A stretch of DNA of 60,713 nt. Origin: Bigelowiella natans CCMP2755. Taxonomy: Eukaryota > Protista > Cercozoa. Position numbers and translations under genes: made by a program. Below are positions 40,116 to 53,919 of this stretch, in pieces; position 1 is the stretch's first letter, and the number at the start of each line of letters is the position of its first letter. The stretch spans positions 1-60,713 of the forward strand of contig ADNK01002732.1 of the NCBI GenBank assembly GCA_000320545.1, in the 5' to 3' direction. The notes beneath the pieces were generated by a model, which did no database searches, was not told the DNA's origin, and saw nothing but the letters and a program-made list of their open reading frames with translations.

Positions 40116-41420
40116 ATCTCCCAATTAGCAACATTTGCGACACAGATTCACATGCAATTCAGAAAATGTACATACTTGCACTATGTGCCGGATAGCCGGT
40201 GCATTATTAAGTTGTGAAATCAGATGTAGCTAACATCACTCAGAAGATGCACAATTCAAATTGCGTTCGTTTTGATTTACATTGCTGTAATAAATTGGTT
40301 TCTTCTTTGTTTACATGCATTCTGCAATGCAACGCTACCGTCAATGCAATGTGGTAGCAAATCAAAGAGGTGGCTAGACGTGCGATGCAAGCAAAAAATG
40401 CAGCAAAGTGCGGCGGCGTCCATCTCAACCATGAAAATTCCTGGGTTTCTGTTCGCTTAGTTGTGGCGCAAATGAGCGCTGACAAAATGTTAAGTCCAAC
40501 GCATTGCAAAAACAAGAAGCTAACTAGCTAAATCTAGACATGTACCAGATGCACATTCAAACACGCTAGCACGTCTAGTTTGCTAAACATGCCAAAGCGC
40601 AGCACTGCTAGACAATGCTTGGAATGCAGCGCATCGCTGAGTCCACGCAGCAACTGCTAGACTGCGGAGACTGTCATGCTGCATGCTAGCATGGGACAGT
40701 GCATCAACAGCTAGCTCTAGAGCTACACGCGTCATTTGCTGTTGTTCATCATCACCATTTAGAAAGCTACAAAATGCACCAGTCTAGCTGTACGCTAGTA
40801 CGTGCAAGCACTGCAAGCACGCTAGCACGACACTCCAGCACTGCTAGACCGATGAGCGACATGCACCCAAGTTTGCGCTCTCAACTAGTCGACATCAGAG
40901 CAATGTAAATCCAAAGGGGTGATCATGCTAGCATGCATGCAGCACTGGCTAGCTAGCTAGCTAGGCCAGCTAGCCAGCCATACAAATCGCATTAGACACC
41001 CCGAAAGTAAGCAACACATCTAGACATGGACAACGTACATGCTAGCATGGGTAAGTAAACTCGTTATCAGCTTACATGCGTACGAAAGTAAGTAAGATTA
41101 GGATGGGATCCATTATCATTTTGTCCCACTGTATTTAGCACATTTTGTTTGTATGAAGATCATTGTAAGATTTTGAATTAGTTTCTCATATGGTAATTAT
41201 CTTACGACGACATTAAAAAAAATTTACAAAATCTGGAAATAGATCTATGAGATGATTAACATTTAAATATGACCTTGCGTGTGTGCACGTAAATTATAAT
41301 AGCACATAGCACATAGCCACATCACTAACTAATAATTTAATGCACAAAATACACAAACCGATGATGTCTCAGAACAATTTGGTGTTAACTGGGAAGTTCA
41401 ACTACCACCTCCTCTCGCCA

Positions 41421-41511
41421 TCATTGCAACACTTGCGTGACGTCTTTCCCATTACGATTTCTCATCATTTGCATCGCTTCAATGTAATCTTTGATCCTAT
41501 GATATATATTG

Positions 41512-41542
<31 letters not shown>

Positions 41543-41803
41543 TGCTGTTGTCATTAGAGATAAATGGGGTGCTAATTATAAATGGGGTGCTAATTTATAG
41601 TATCAATTCATTACGATACCGATATTCAGAGATCTCAACATTGAGAAGGAATTCCCCAAGGTCCAAGGAGCTATTATTTTCCCAAAACCATGAAATTAAT
41701 CATTGGTATGCAAACACACAGCCGATGGAAAAAATCAAAATTAATCATCGCTAAATTTTTGAGAGAAGCATGTGAGTCAATCAAGTAGTCACTATTCTAT
41801 ACA

Positions 41804-41844
<41 letters not shown>

Positions 41845-43388
41845 GTGTGTGTGTGTGTGTGTATTACGAGACGGTATGTGGTGAGATGGAAACAATCTGG
41901 GACTCCAAATGCATAAATATCGTCACCAAATAATACACCTGCATGCAGTAGTTTCATAATTTGTAGCAGCAGCAATAGTTGTAGTAATAGTAGTAGTAGT
42001 AACAGTAGTGAAGAAGAAGAGGAAGAGGAGGAGGAGGAGAGCGGGGGAATGCTAAAATAAATCACCTTGATACTCTATAGCATCCCGAATATCAGATCAT
42101 TATTAACTTACTATCAAATATTTTCTTGCTGCTGTATTTCTATCCCTCCTCCCTACTACCCCCCTCCCCCCATTTCCATTTTAGGTACAAGTACAATACA
42201 GAATATTCGTGTGTAAGTCCTTGAAGAGTATTAATAAGAATCGTATAATTTAGTGTAGAGAGACATTGTTGTCGGCAAACAAGCAACCCAAATACTACCA
42301 CTGCTACTACTACTACTACTACTACTACTACCACTACCAACCTGATATTCAAATCCAGCTGTAGCGACGAGGACTGCGTATGCAATGAGCTCTTTTATCG
42401 AAAGAAAGCCCCAAAACGCATGTCTCATCCAATGGTTTGAGATAAATGCAATCGGAAGTCCTGCTGCTGCAAGAGATGAGCACACTTGAGGCACTTCTCT
42501 CATAGCTACAATTTCTATAGCATGTAGAACTGCCATCCGAGAAGGCGGCGGAGGACACCTACCAGAAGAAGGAGAAGAAGAAAGAAAATGAGGAGGATTA
42601 AAAAGAAGATGATAATATATGATGTGGAAGATTAGGATTAGAAGATGCTGATACTGATAATATATATATATGCATGCAATTATTCTACCATTTATTCCGT
42701 CGTTGTTGTTGTCGATGTTTTTGCATCAAGATCAGCAATTTAGGGAGAACCTCCTTCGCTTGCTCAACATCTAAATGAAGTAAACCACCACCATCTCCTC
42801 CTCCTCCTCCTCCTCCTCCTCCTCCTCCTCTTTGAGCTGCACCATCATCGCCAACACAATCTCCAATGAAAGAGCCACTAGCATCTCCCTTCTTCTTCTT
42901 CTTGTGTTCTTCTTCGCCATTATTATGTCGTTGAATGGGTTCTTTAGAGCTTGTCCCCGTTGTTGAGGGTGAAGTAGATGTGATAACTCTATTAGTAGTA
43001 GTAGTATCATTTATACTTTCACCAGAAGTAGATGTTATATACACTAAGCATAAGCTTAAGAAAACCCAGCGAAGACTTGGATCTTCTTCTTCTTTTTCCA
43101 CATCATAATAAAAGTTGTTTTTTGATTCCTCATCTGTCTTTTCTTCTTCAATTTTTGGTATTATGTGGTGATTATTGTAAGTATCACATTGACTATCTTC
43201 ATCGTTTTGATTGAGCGCTTGAAGTATCTCATAGACTCCATTTATAAGCCATTCATTGCGAGAGGACGATGCTGATGGAAGTAATCTCGAGTGCTGCCTT
43301 TTAATTTTTCTTGCTGTGGTTGTTGTTATTAACTCTCCAATGAGCTTCAGAACAGGCTTCATACTTTCCAACATCTCGGTAGGAAAAA

Positions 43389-43423
<35 letters not shown>

Positions 43424-45003
43424 ACTGCTGCTGCTGCAGGTGGTGGTGGTGGTGGTGGTGGTGTCGGAGTGTTGTTGGCATCATATTCAACGCTAGAAGA
43501 GGCTTTCTTCTTTTCCTTCTTCTTCGCAGCATTTCTACTACTACAAGTATGACGTAAGTCTCCAGAGGAGGAGGAGGAGGAGGAGGAGAGGGATCGTAGT
43601 CTGGTAATAGATGATGATGATAATGATTGGCCATCGGTAGTAGTAGTAGTACTAGTAGTAGTAGTAGTAGGAGTAGTAGTGGTAGTGGTAGTAGCACTTG
43701 TTGTAGTAGTTGTAGTAGTAGCTGCTGCTGCTGCTGCTGCTGCTACTGAAGCCAGGCTTTTACGATATATTGCAAGAGATTCAATATGAAGAATCACCAC
43801 CATATCTTTTCTCCCACTGACGTCGCTTATGTTATTTTTGTCGTCAATGTGGTGTATATTATCGTTATTATTTTCATTGCTTCTCTCATTAGCAATCGAA
43901 TTAATTTCAGACTCGTTGTTGTTGTTGTTGTTGTTGTTGTTAGTTCTGGAATGGCTCGTCGATGTATGTGAATATGATGACGATGGTGATGATGATCTCA
44001 TTATCGTAATTGGAGTATTACATTCATCATTAGCTTTCCCATCATATTGCTTAATACTAAGTGCCATCTTTAGAAATTGTAACGATTCTCGGGGAGAATA
44101 AGTAAAATGAAATGGCTTTTGCATCGAGAAGGAGTTTGGCGATGCATGATTAGGAGTAGTAGGAGGAGGAGGAGGAGGAGGAGGAGGAGGAGGAGGAGCA
44201 CTACCATCAGAAGGAAGAATAACAACTATGGGGCGACTAAATGGAGGTAGATCAAAAATACCAAATCGAATTGTAGTGAGAAGTAGGCTACATGGAGATA
44301 TGATCACTTTTGTGTTGTTGGTGCTCCTGCTGCAGTTGTTTCTTCCTATTTTGTTTGAGAATAATGACAACAAGTTCAACGGCGTCGTATATGGATCTAT
44401 TCCATCAACAAATCGTTGTGCATGTACCATGTATATACCGCTACTACTACCACTACTCCGACTGGTAGTAGTAGTAGTAGTTGTAGTAGTTGTAGTAGTA
44501 GTTGTAGTAGTAGTGCTGCTACTATGTAATATGTTCTTTTGTTGATCTTCTTCTTCTTCTTCTTCTTCTTCTTCTTCTGCGTGTTCCAAAGAAGAGGGAT
44601 AGGCTGGAGACTGTGATGATGATGATGATAATTTGGTGCTTTTGTTGTTTCTCTTTGCGTTGATCTTGTTGTGTTCCTTTTCCTCTGATGATGATGATGA
44701 TGCTACTGCTGCTGGTGGTGGTGGTATAGTTGATTGAGTATCCATGCTGTAACTACTATAACAACCATATGAAGGATAACGATGCCTACTAATGATTTTG
44801 TCGTTCCAGAATATCAAAGATAGGCTAAGACACCGAAATGCTAAGAGAGAGAGAGGGGGGGAGAGAGGGGGAGAGAGAGAAGAACAAGAACAGACATGAA
44901 AAGAAGATTAATATATAATCCATGAGAGTCGTAAATAAGGAATACACTGCCTATCAGATCCTGCAAGTACTACGACTACTACTGCTACAACTACAAATAC
45001 AAC

Positions 45004-45036
<33 letters not shown>

Positions 45037-45886
45037 TAGCACATTGCACTACCGCTACTACTACTACTACTACTACTACTACTATTACTATTACGATAAG
45101 TACCATGAGCTGTAATATGGAGAAACATATGAGCTTCATCATCATCAGCATTTACGTCAATCCACTTCTTATCGTGGACATTTGCTTCTCCAACGAGTGT
45201 TCTTCCTCCCCCAATAGTAGTAGTAGGAGACGAAGAAGAAGTAGAAGAAGAAGAAGAAGAAGAAGAAGGGGATGGGTGGTACCCAATGAATCTGTTCAAA
45301 ATCTTCTGGAAAATACGAATGCTGGTGCTGCTGCTGCTGAATCTCCCACTACTAGCAATGACTTCAGCCATTATTTCATCGTCATCATCATCATCATCAC
45401 CATATTGCTGCTTGTTTTCTTTTTTCCTATTTTCACTATTATCATCAATTTTGGTACTCGTAGCAGCAGCACCGGTACTACTACTAGTACTACTACTACT
45501 ACTACTATAGAAAGCACGGTAGTAGTTGTTGGAATAGTGATTTTGGAATGCCCCCGATGTGAATAATGATGAGATGTGCATTAAATGCCATACAATCAAC
45601 CGCCTAGAACTAGATTCTATTATTGTACAATTCAAAGAGTAGGAGGGGGAGAAGGGGGAGGAGGAGCGAAGGGAAGAGGAGATCAAGAAAAGGAATAATA
45701 GAATACAAAATGTTAATAATATTGCACTTCTCTTCAGAGAAAAGCATTCAAATGACGTCCTTCTCTTATTTAATTATTTTTTGGGTATTATATGTAGGAT
45801 CCATTAGGATGACGACTTTAGTACATGGTTTTAAAAAGAAATAGTAGTAAATGCTGTTAATCATAAAAAGCTTTGGTAGCGCACTC

Positions 45887-45924
<38 letters not shown>

Positions 45925-46002
45925 GCACACACATACTCCATTATTACCATGAGAGAGGTCTTCGGAAGTATGAAGATGTGATGTAAGAGTCTGCACCTAA
46001 TC

Positions 46003-46041
<39 letters not shown>

Positions 46042-48195
46042 TCCATTGCCATGTTTGAGAGAGAAAGAGAGAATAATGGCTGCAATGCTGCTGCTTTTGA
46101 TATTTCTTGCAATCAACACATAAAATTATTTGCACATTTGTTGTTGTTGTTGTTGTTGTTGTTGTCTTTCGTCGTTGTATCTCGAAGTATTGCTGCTTCT
46201 TCTTTGTAAATAATAACGTTAGCAATGAGCGTCTGTAAAATATCAGTCCTATCGATACTGCCTATGATCTCTTTTCCACCAAGAAGCAATTGACTCCAAA
46301 TATACCTAGAACAAATACCATGCAGTAGTAGTAGTAGTAGTAGTAGTAGTACACCGTGCAATGTGCAAGAATGATGGAAAAAAAAGGATTATTGTCATGC
46401 ATCACAACAGGCCATGCTGGTGAGGTAAAATGATGTATGATCTATTACGAGACACATGCTGCACAATAATAATGAGGAGGTGGTACTAATGTGTGCACCA
46501 TAACTAGAGTTATACATTATAATCATCATCATCACCATCATTATCATCATCATTGTCGTAAGAGAATCATATGATAATAATAACCTCCTCTCTCCCATTA
46601 GAATGAAGTCAGAATTCACAAATACAGAAACACACATAAACTTATCAAATTATTACCTGAATTTGGGAGTCGGAAGGTGTTCCACCAGAGGAAGATGTGG
46701 AGAAGGGGGGGGGGAGCCAGGAAGCGATGACGACGATGAGCAGGAGGATGAGAAAGAACAAGAAGAAGAAGAATGCTGATAATATTCACATCAAATCATG
46801 AATCAATTTGAGGAAGAGGGGGAAGAATGGTGGTGGTGGTGGTGGTGGTGAGATAAAATGTTGTGATACTACTACTACTACTACTAACACTACTACTAAC
46901 ACTACTTATACTATTGTGCGGATGCTGCTTGAAATAACAACACAAGAAGAGATTTGTTGTTGGTTGTGTGAAGAAAAGAAAGAAAGAACAACTTAGGTTA
47001 TCAATTAGCAGCATCATATAAAGAAGAAGAAGAAGAAGAAGAAGAAAGATAGAAATAATTCTCTCTTTACTCTCATCATCTATTCCTCTTCTTCTTGATA
47101 GGGATGCATGTTTTTGATGCATGTTTGTAACAAACCATCAACATGTTGAAATTGTAGTATCTCTCCCACGCATGATGAACCACGATATCCAACACGTTAT
47201 CTCGCTTGCTGTTGTTTCTTCTTCTTCTTCTTCCTCCTCCTCCTCTTCCTCCTCCTTGATGATTAACAAAGCTGCAGATTGTCTGAACTCCCAACGGTGT
47301 ACTTGCGACATCCACGAGTGTATCCAAAACTCTAATCATTAATTCAATGTTACAATCAAAGGTAAGATAATCGTCATACTCATCATCATCATAATTATCT
47401 TTACAGATTTCTTGGGAGGAATTGAAGAAAACTTTCCCCAGACGTTTTACTACTATAATCTTGATCTTGCCCTTTTTCTTCTTCTTCTTCTTCTTCTTCT
47501 TCTTCTTGTTGTTCTTCTTTGCTGCCAGTGATACTGTGTCTGTAATAGTTGTACAGTACAACAAAAGAGTAGTCGCATTTATTATCGGGTTCTCCTTGTA
47601 ATTATATTATTAATTCTGTCAGGACAACAACAAGCCTCTTATTATTATTACTATTACTATTATTATCATATTATATTTTATCTGGCAGGGGGACAACAAC
47701 ATGATAACATAATAGAAAGCTGTTCCAAAAAGCTTGGAAAATACAAAAAATTAATGATGTTGATTAATTATTAAAATGAACTACAAGCACCATCGTTACA
47801 GCTACAAACAAATACATCCATGTAATAGTATTTGTATCGTTATGTCATTATTATCATCATATATTCCTCATCAATAGTATTGGTATCGTTATGCCATTAT
47901 TACAATCATATATTCCTCATCACCACCATTACAATCGCCCTTATTATTATTATTATTATCATCACTATTATCATGATTTTCCAGCTCATTTACCCTTGCG
48001 GATGATGATCTGGTTGTTCAGCTTTTACTTGGAGATTTTTTGAAATGTGTACTAATATGTATTATGTAAATAATGTCAGATATGCATGAAGTGATGATTA
48101 ATGGAAACTGGATGATGATCACCACCGGTAGTAAGTAAGTAAATAAGTAGGTAAGTCTATTACTATTGTTATTGTTTCGTTAGGTGGTGAATAAG

Positions 48196-48229
<34 letters not shown>

Positions 48230-50086
48230 ATAAGTGGGCGGCGAGTGCTGATGGTGGTGATTGGACTACATACATTATTATAATAAATCCATACAGTGTT
48301 AAACCAAATACATACATTATAAATCATAATAATAATAATAAATTACAGTGGTGTGATTACAGCTACCAAGAATCTTGACAATTTTCCGGTGTCTACTTCC
48401 CAAAAGGACTTGTGACGTATTAGCATAACTTGCCATACTTCTTATCATATCGAATACAGAAATAACCAATCGCCTCAATTGCCTATTGTTCAAATCTAGC
48501 TGATGATCATTAAGGAGGATGGTTCTTTTGCTGCTGCTGCTCATCCTCCTCCCTCCTTTGCTGATGATTCTTCTTGTACATATTTGATGAAGAGATTTTC
48601 GAGGAATGGAAGGAGACTTGATTTTTCCTTCTTTCTTCATCATCATGGAACTATTACTCTCGTCGTGGAAAGTAGTAGTAGTGGGATGAGAATCATCATC
48701 GTCATCATCATCATCATCATCATCATCATCACCATCGTTAATGCAGCTACTACTATTGTCGTGGATTCTATCTTTCCGGTACAACTTACTGCTGCCACCA
48801 CTGCTGCTGCTTTTCCCTCCTACCACATTGTTATCCAATGTATTGCTTACTCTTCCTAACTCTCCTCCTCCTCCTCCTCCTCCTTCTCCTTCTGCCGCGG
48901 CTGCTGCTGCAGGTGATGGTGTTGTTGATGATGATGATACTTGCTCGCCTCCCGCCATGTTTGCAGCACTTAAAAAGAAGACTCTAAATAATATTTTCTC
49001 CGCAAGTAACAACACCGCAAATGCGAGACTAGTGCTCTTCTTCTTCTCAGATTCTTCATTTGTTTTCTTGTTGTTGATGCTCTTCTTCTTTTCAGATTCT
49101 TCATTTGTTTTCTTGTTGTTTTTGCTCTTCTTCTTCTCAGATTCTTCATTTGTTTTCTTGTTGTTGATGCTGCCGTTTTTTTGGTACTCACCATTATGAA
49201 TATCCCCCTCCTCATCAAATAGATCATGATAATGATGATGATGATGATGATAAAGCAATGGACGAGTGGAGAGAAATATCTCCCGCCCCTCTGCATGACT
49301 ACACAATCGATAGCAAATCTTCAGCAGCCCAATCAACTAAAAAGAAGGAGGACAAAGAAGAAGATTGGATTATCATCAGCAGCCCAATCAACTAAAAAGA
49401 AGGAGGGCAAAGAAGATTGGATTATCATAAACACAATACTGTTCAGATATTTCATCACCAAAAAGCTGATTTAGTAGGTTATTCTCTCATTCATCTTTTT
49501 TATATTGCAATCCCCTCCATCATCATCAAGTCATTACAGCATCATTATTATTTTAACGACCTATACCTGGTCAATCTTAAATTTCATCATTTTTTTGACA
49601 TTTATATATTACCTGCTCAATCTCAAATTTCGAATGTGGATCAATGGCAGTTCGCTGTTCCTGCTGCTGTCGAGCAATGGTGTGATTGCAATCATTCCTT
49701 CTATCTCGGGTTGAGATGAAGGCGGTGGTGGTGGTGGTGGTACCGGAAGATGATATCCCATTCTTAGTAGTATCATCATTCACATTAGCTGATAACGAGG
49801 AAATATTGTTGTCTATACTTTGTCGTATTATTCTTGTCGTAAGCAAGCTCAAATCGTAATTCGAGAGATCTGTGTGCAAACTAGGATGATGATGATGATC
49901 TTTGTCACCACCACCACCACCATGACTTTGTTGTTGTTGCTGATAATGATAATAATACTGCTGCTCCTGTTTTTGCTGGTGGTGGTGCTGGTCACATAAT
50001 CTCGATGATGGTGGTATCTTGCTGGCTTTGTCAGCTACAAACTCCAGGCATTTGTCCACAAGGCACTTAACCACTAATAGTAGGAA

Positions 50087-50121
<35 letters not shown>

Positions 50122-50208
50122 AGAGTGAATGCTGATGTAATTGGTGGACACAGCAGCAGCAGCAGCAGCAGCAGTTGTAGGAGTAGTAAAATAGAGTAGT
50201 AGTAGTAA

Positions 50209-50241
<33 letters not shown>

Positions 50242-50376
50242 AGAATACACCAAACAAACAATACGGAGTAGTAGCAAAGAGAGAAGCACATCACTATCCT
50301 TCATCTTCAACCAACAACAAGGGAGAGTCAATTGTCGGCTGCAGGCACACACTTTCGAGAAAAGGTTACATATATA

Positions 50377-50421
<45 letters not shown>

Positions 50422-52634
50422 TATATTATATATTGGAAATGTGATGACAGCTGCTTGCCAATAATACTATAATAGGTAGGTTTTCGTCGTATTTATTCGT
50501 AGGGTATTGAATCAGAATATTAAGCTGATGTTCAGCAAACATTGTGATATTATTACTATTATTATTATTTTTGTTCTTGTTGTTGTTATCATTCATTCAT
50601 TCATCCATTCATTCATCCATATCAATGTCATTGTAACTACTGCCGCCTTATTATTAACATATTTTTACTGTCGGAATGATCAATAACCCACCGCTACGTT
50701 TCGTGCTGGAGCAACAAGCATGATAATATCGTTCATATCTGAACAATTGTCTTTCTTTTTGCAGTTGTAACTCTTCTTTTCCTACTCGTTGTCTTCGTCG
50801 GTTATTGTCATCACCAACATACTTTTGTTCTTTTTCCTCTTTTTCTTCTTCTGATGAATTCTTTGATAACAACAATGAACTAGGAGCACAGCATATCTGT
50901 ACACAGAATGTCAACAACCTCTTGGTAATTGGTACTAGTGGAGGAGGAGATGCTTGTAGTACCGGTGGAGATTGTTGTTGTTGGTATTGTTGTTGTTGTT
51001 GTTCGTAGTGATGCTGCAGCAGCTGCTTTTTCTTTGCCTCTTTTGGAACGGTATTAAAAACACAAACACACACACTCACACTCACACTCACTCAAAATAG
51101 TAAGCATGCATCTTATGAGTGCTATCAATTATTATATCCAATTATTACTTACTGCTGGCTGGCGCAAATAGACAAAATACAACTTTAATCTTAGCTACTA
51201 CTCAGTAAAAGTTGTTCTTAGTGTAAGTGTCATTGTTATTGTCGGAATGTATATCACATACTTATTTTAAAAAACATTATAGTTATCATGTAGATTATAT
51301 TAAAAAATCCATCGTCGTGATCGTCGTCATTATCATTGGCAGTTGTTTTGTCCATAATTACAACGTTTAACTTTATTCTCGTTGTTATCACCATCTTCCA
51401 GGCGTCGTTGTTGTTTCCGTTGTTGCTCATCCATCATATGTTTTCTTTCTTCTGTAGTTGTAGTAGTAGTTGTAGTAGCAGTCCCCCGACACGATGATGA
51501 TGTTGAAGATACCATGTCCTTTGCAAATTTATAACAATCAAAAAATGATGATACCATGTCCTTTGCAAATTTATAACAATCAAACAAATGATGATACCAT
51601 GTCCTTTGCAAATTTATAACAATCAAACAAATGAATAACAATCAACAAATGACCATGATCATGATGCCATAAGTAGGATGATTTATAAGTTGTGTACAAT
51701 CATTTGCGTCGCATTTTCTAATATTTTCATTTAAGAATTTTAATAATAAGCATTGTTGTTGTACACATTATTGAAATGCGTTCATTATCTCACATCGTTT
51801 GTTATTTTGTTGTCGTTATCATTGTTGTCAAAATAGAGATTGTACTCCTACAACCTCGTATGAAAGCAATGAGGTAAGAAGACACGCATAATTCAGACAG
51901 GAGAGTGCTTCTATGCTTTCCCAGCTCCCAAAACTACAAATCCAACGATCACTTAGAGGAGGGAAACTACAAATCCGACGGCCATTTTGAAGAGGAAAAG
52001 CCTTGTTGGGAAGAAGACTAGAAGAAGAAGAAGAAGTAGCAGTAGTAGTAGTAGTAGTAGTAGTAGTCTTCTTGGCAGCTTTCTCGAGGTTCTTCATCAT
52101 GTGAGAAGGAGTAGCAGTAGAAAAGGGAGAAGGAGAAGAAGAAGGAGGAGGAGGAGGAGGAGGAGGAGGAGCTTCTTCCAATTCCTTTTTCTTCTGCCTA
52201 TTCCTTCTCCCATCGTTAGAAACAGTGGTAGTTGGAGATGTGTTACTAGTTGTATTGATGCCAACGTTACTACAGATATCCTCGCAGCGCTCTAAGAAGG
52301 ATTCAAGAGTTGATAGAAAATAATTATGATGAAGATCATCATTAACTTGATTCGTATCGTCCTCGCCAATACCGTCGTCATCATCATTATCATCATCACC
52401 ATCACCGCCACCACCAGCAACAGCAGTAGTAGTCATACAATCTCGAAATGCAAGTCGAATTGGTCCAAACACCATCCACCTAAAGCATGATGATGATGAT
52501 GATGATGATGAGGTTGATAATGATAAAAGAAGAAGAAGGAGAAGAAAAAGAAAGGTACAATATGTAATGTTACTACCGAAGGGTGCTAGTGCCCAATCAC
52601 TTATTTGTCAGAAGATAATTAGAAATATATATAA

Positions 52635-52671
<37 letters not shown>

Positions 52672-53888
52672 AGCTTCTTCTCCCATCATCATCATCATCA
52701 TCATCATCATCATAAATTCTTATTTACTTTTTGATCCATCTTGCCTTTGGATCAGTTAAAGCCAGCAGTTGACATGGTGCAATCACTGTGTGCTGCTCGA
52801 AAGGATATTCATTTCCTTTTAGTCTCAAATTTGCTGCTGCTGCTGATGGTGATGAGAACGATGAGGAAGAACAAACTCCTTGTTTGTATTCATAATCATT
52901 ATTTTTGTACATTTCTTCCTTCTCATCCGTAGCAATGACGACGTGTTCCATAGAAAGAACTTTCACTATCATCTTAACGATCTGATCATTATTTTGATTC
53001 AATAAATGAATATCTCCACATATTATATTTATATACGATGACAACAAAGTATTAATGATGATGACGATGATGATGATGATAGTGACTACGGATAATGAAT
53101 TATTAAATTTCTAACAACATAATCATTTGCCCTATTGATAAATAGGTGTACTATTAAGAATGAACACAATCATCATCGTAGGCTCAGATTGAAGGTGTGG
53201 TTCTACAACTGGTACCACTACTACTTATTTCTACCTTTCTAACGCATTCGTCTGAATAGGTAAGGAAATGCTTTGGTAACTTATGCAGCATATTTGTAAA
53301 GAACCGCATAACTCGTAGTTTCGAGCGTAGAAAGAATGAGCATTTCTTTTTTTCATCATCCCTCTCCTTGTTATTGCTATTGCTAAAATCTCTACTGTAC
53401 GAACTATGGTCAGCAGCAGCAGCAGCAGTAGCAGCAGTAGCAGAAAGTGTTGTTTCCCTACTTGTTATTGTCTTTTTGGTGCTACTATTTGATCCAAGCC
53501 TTCTTCCTTCTTTGCATCCTCCTCCTCCTCCTTCTTCTCCATCTTGGCTACTAATAATGGCCGCCTCCTTTGTTTTATCATTGACTTTTTGGGTTGCTTT
53601 AGTAGTAGGAGTAGTAGTAGCCTCGCCGTCGTCGGTATTTTTGTCATGATGATATCGTGTATCATCAGTAGTATTATTGTTGTTGTTGTTACTATTATTA
53701 TTGTAATAATAGTCATCATCGTTTCTTCCTTCCAATATTCTTCCGAAAACTTGTCTAAAAGAACCAACGATACGCCGCCTCCGCTTAGGATGATGACTTC
53801 GTCGATGACGATACCAATGATGACGATGATGATGATGATGCTGTTGCTCCTTCATCTGCTCATGTAATATTTGATGGCTTCTACAACT

Positions 53889-53919
<31 letters not shown>

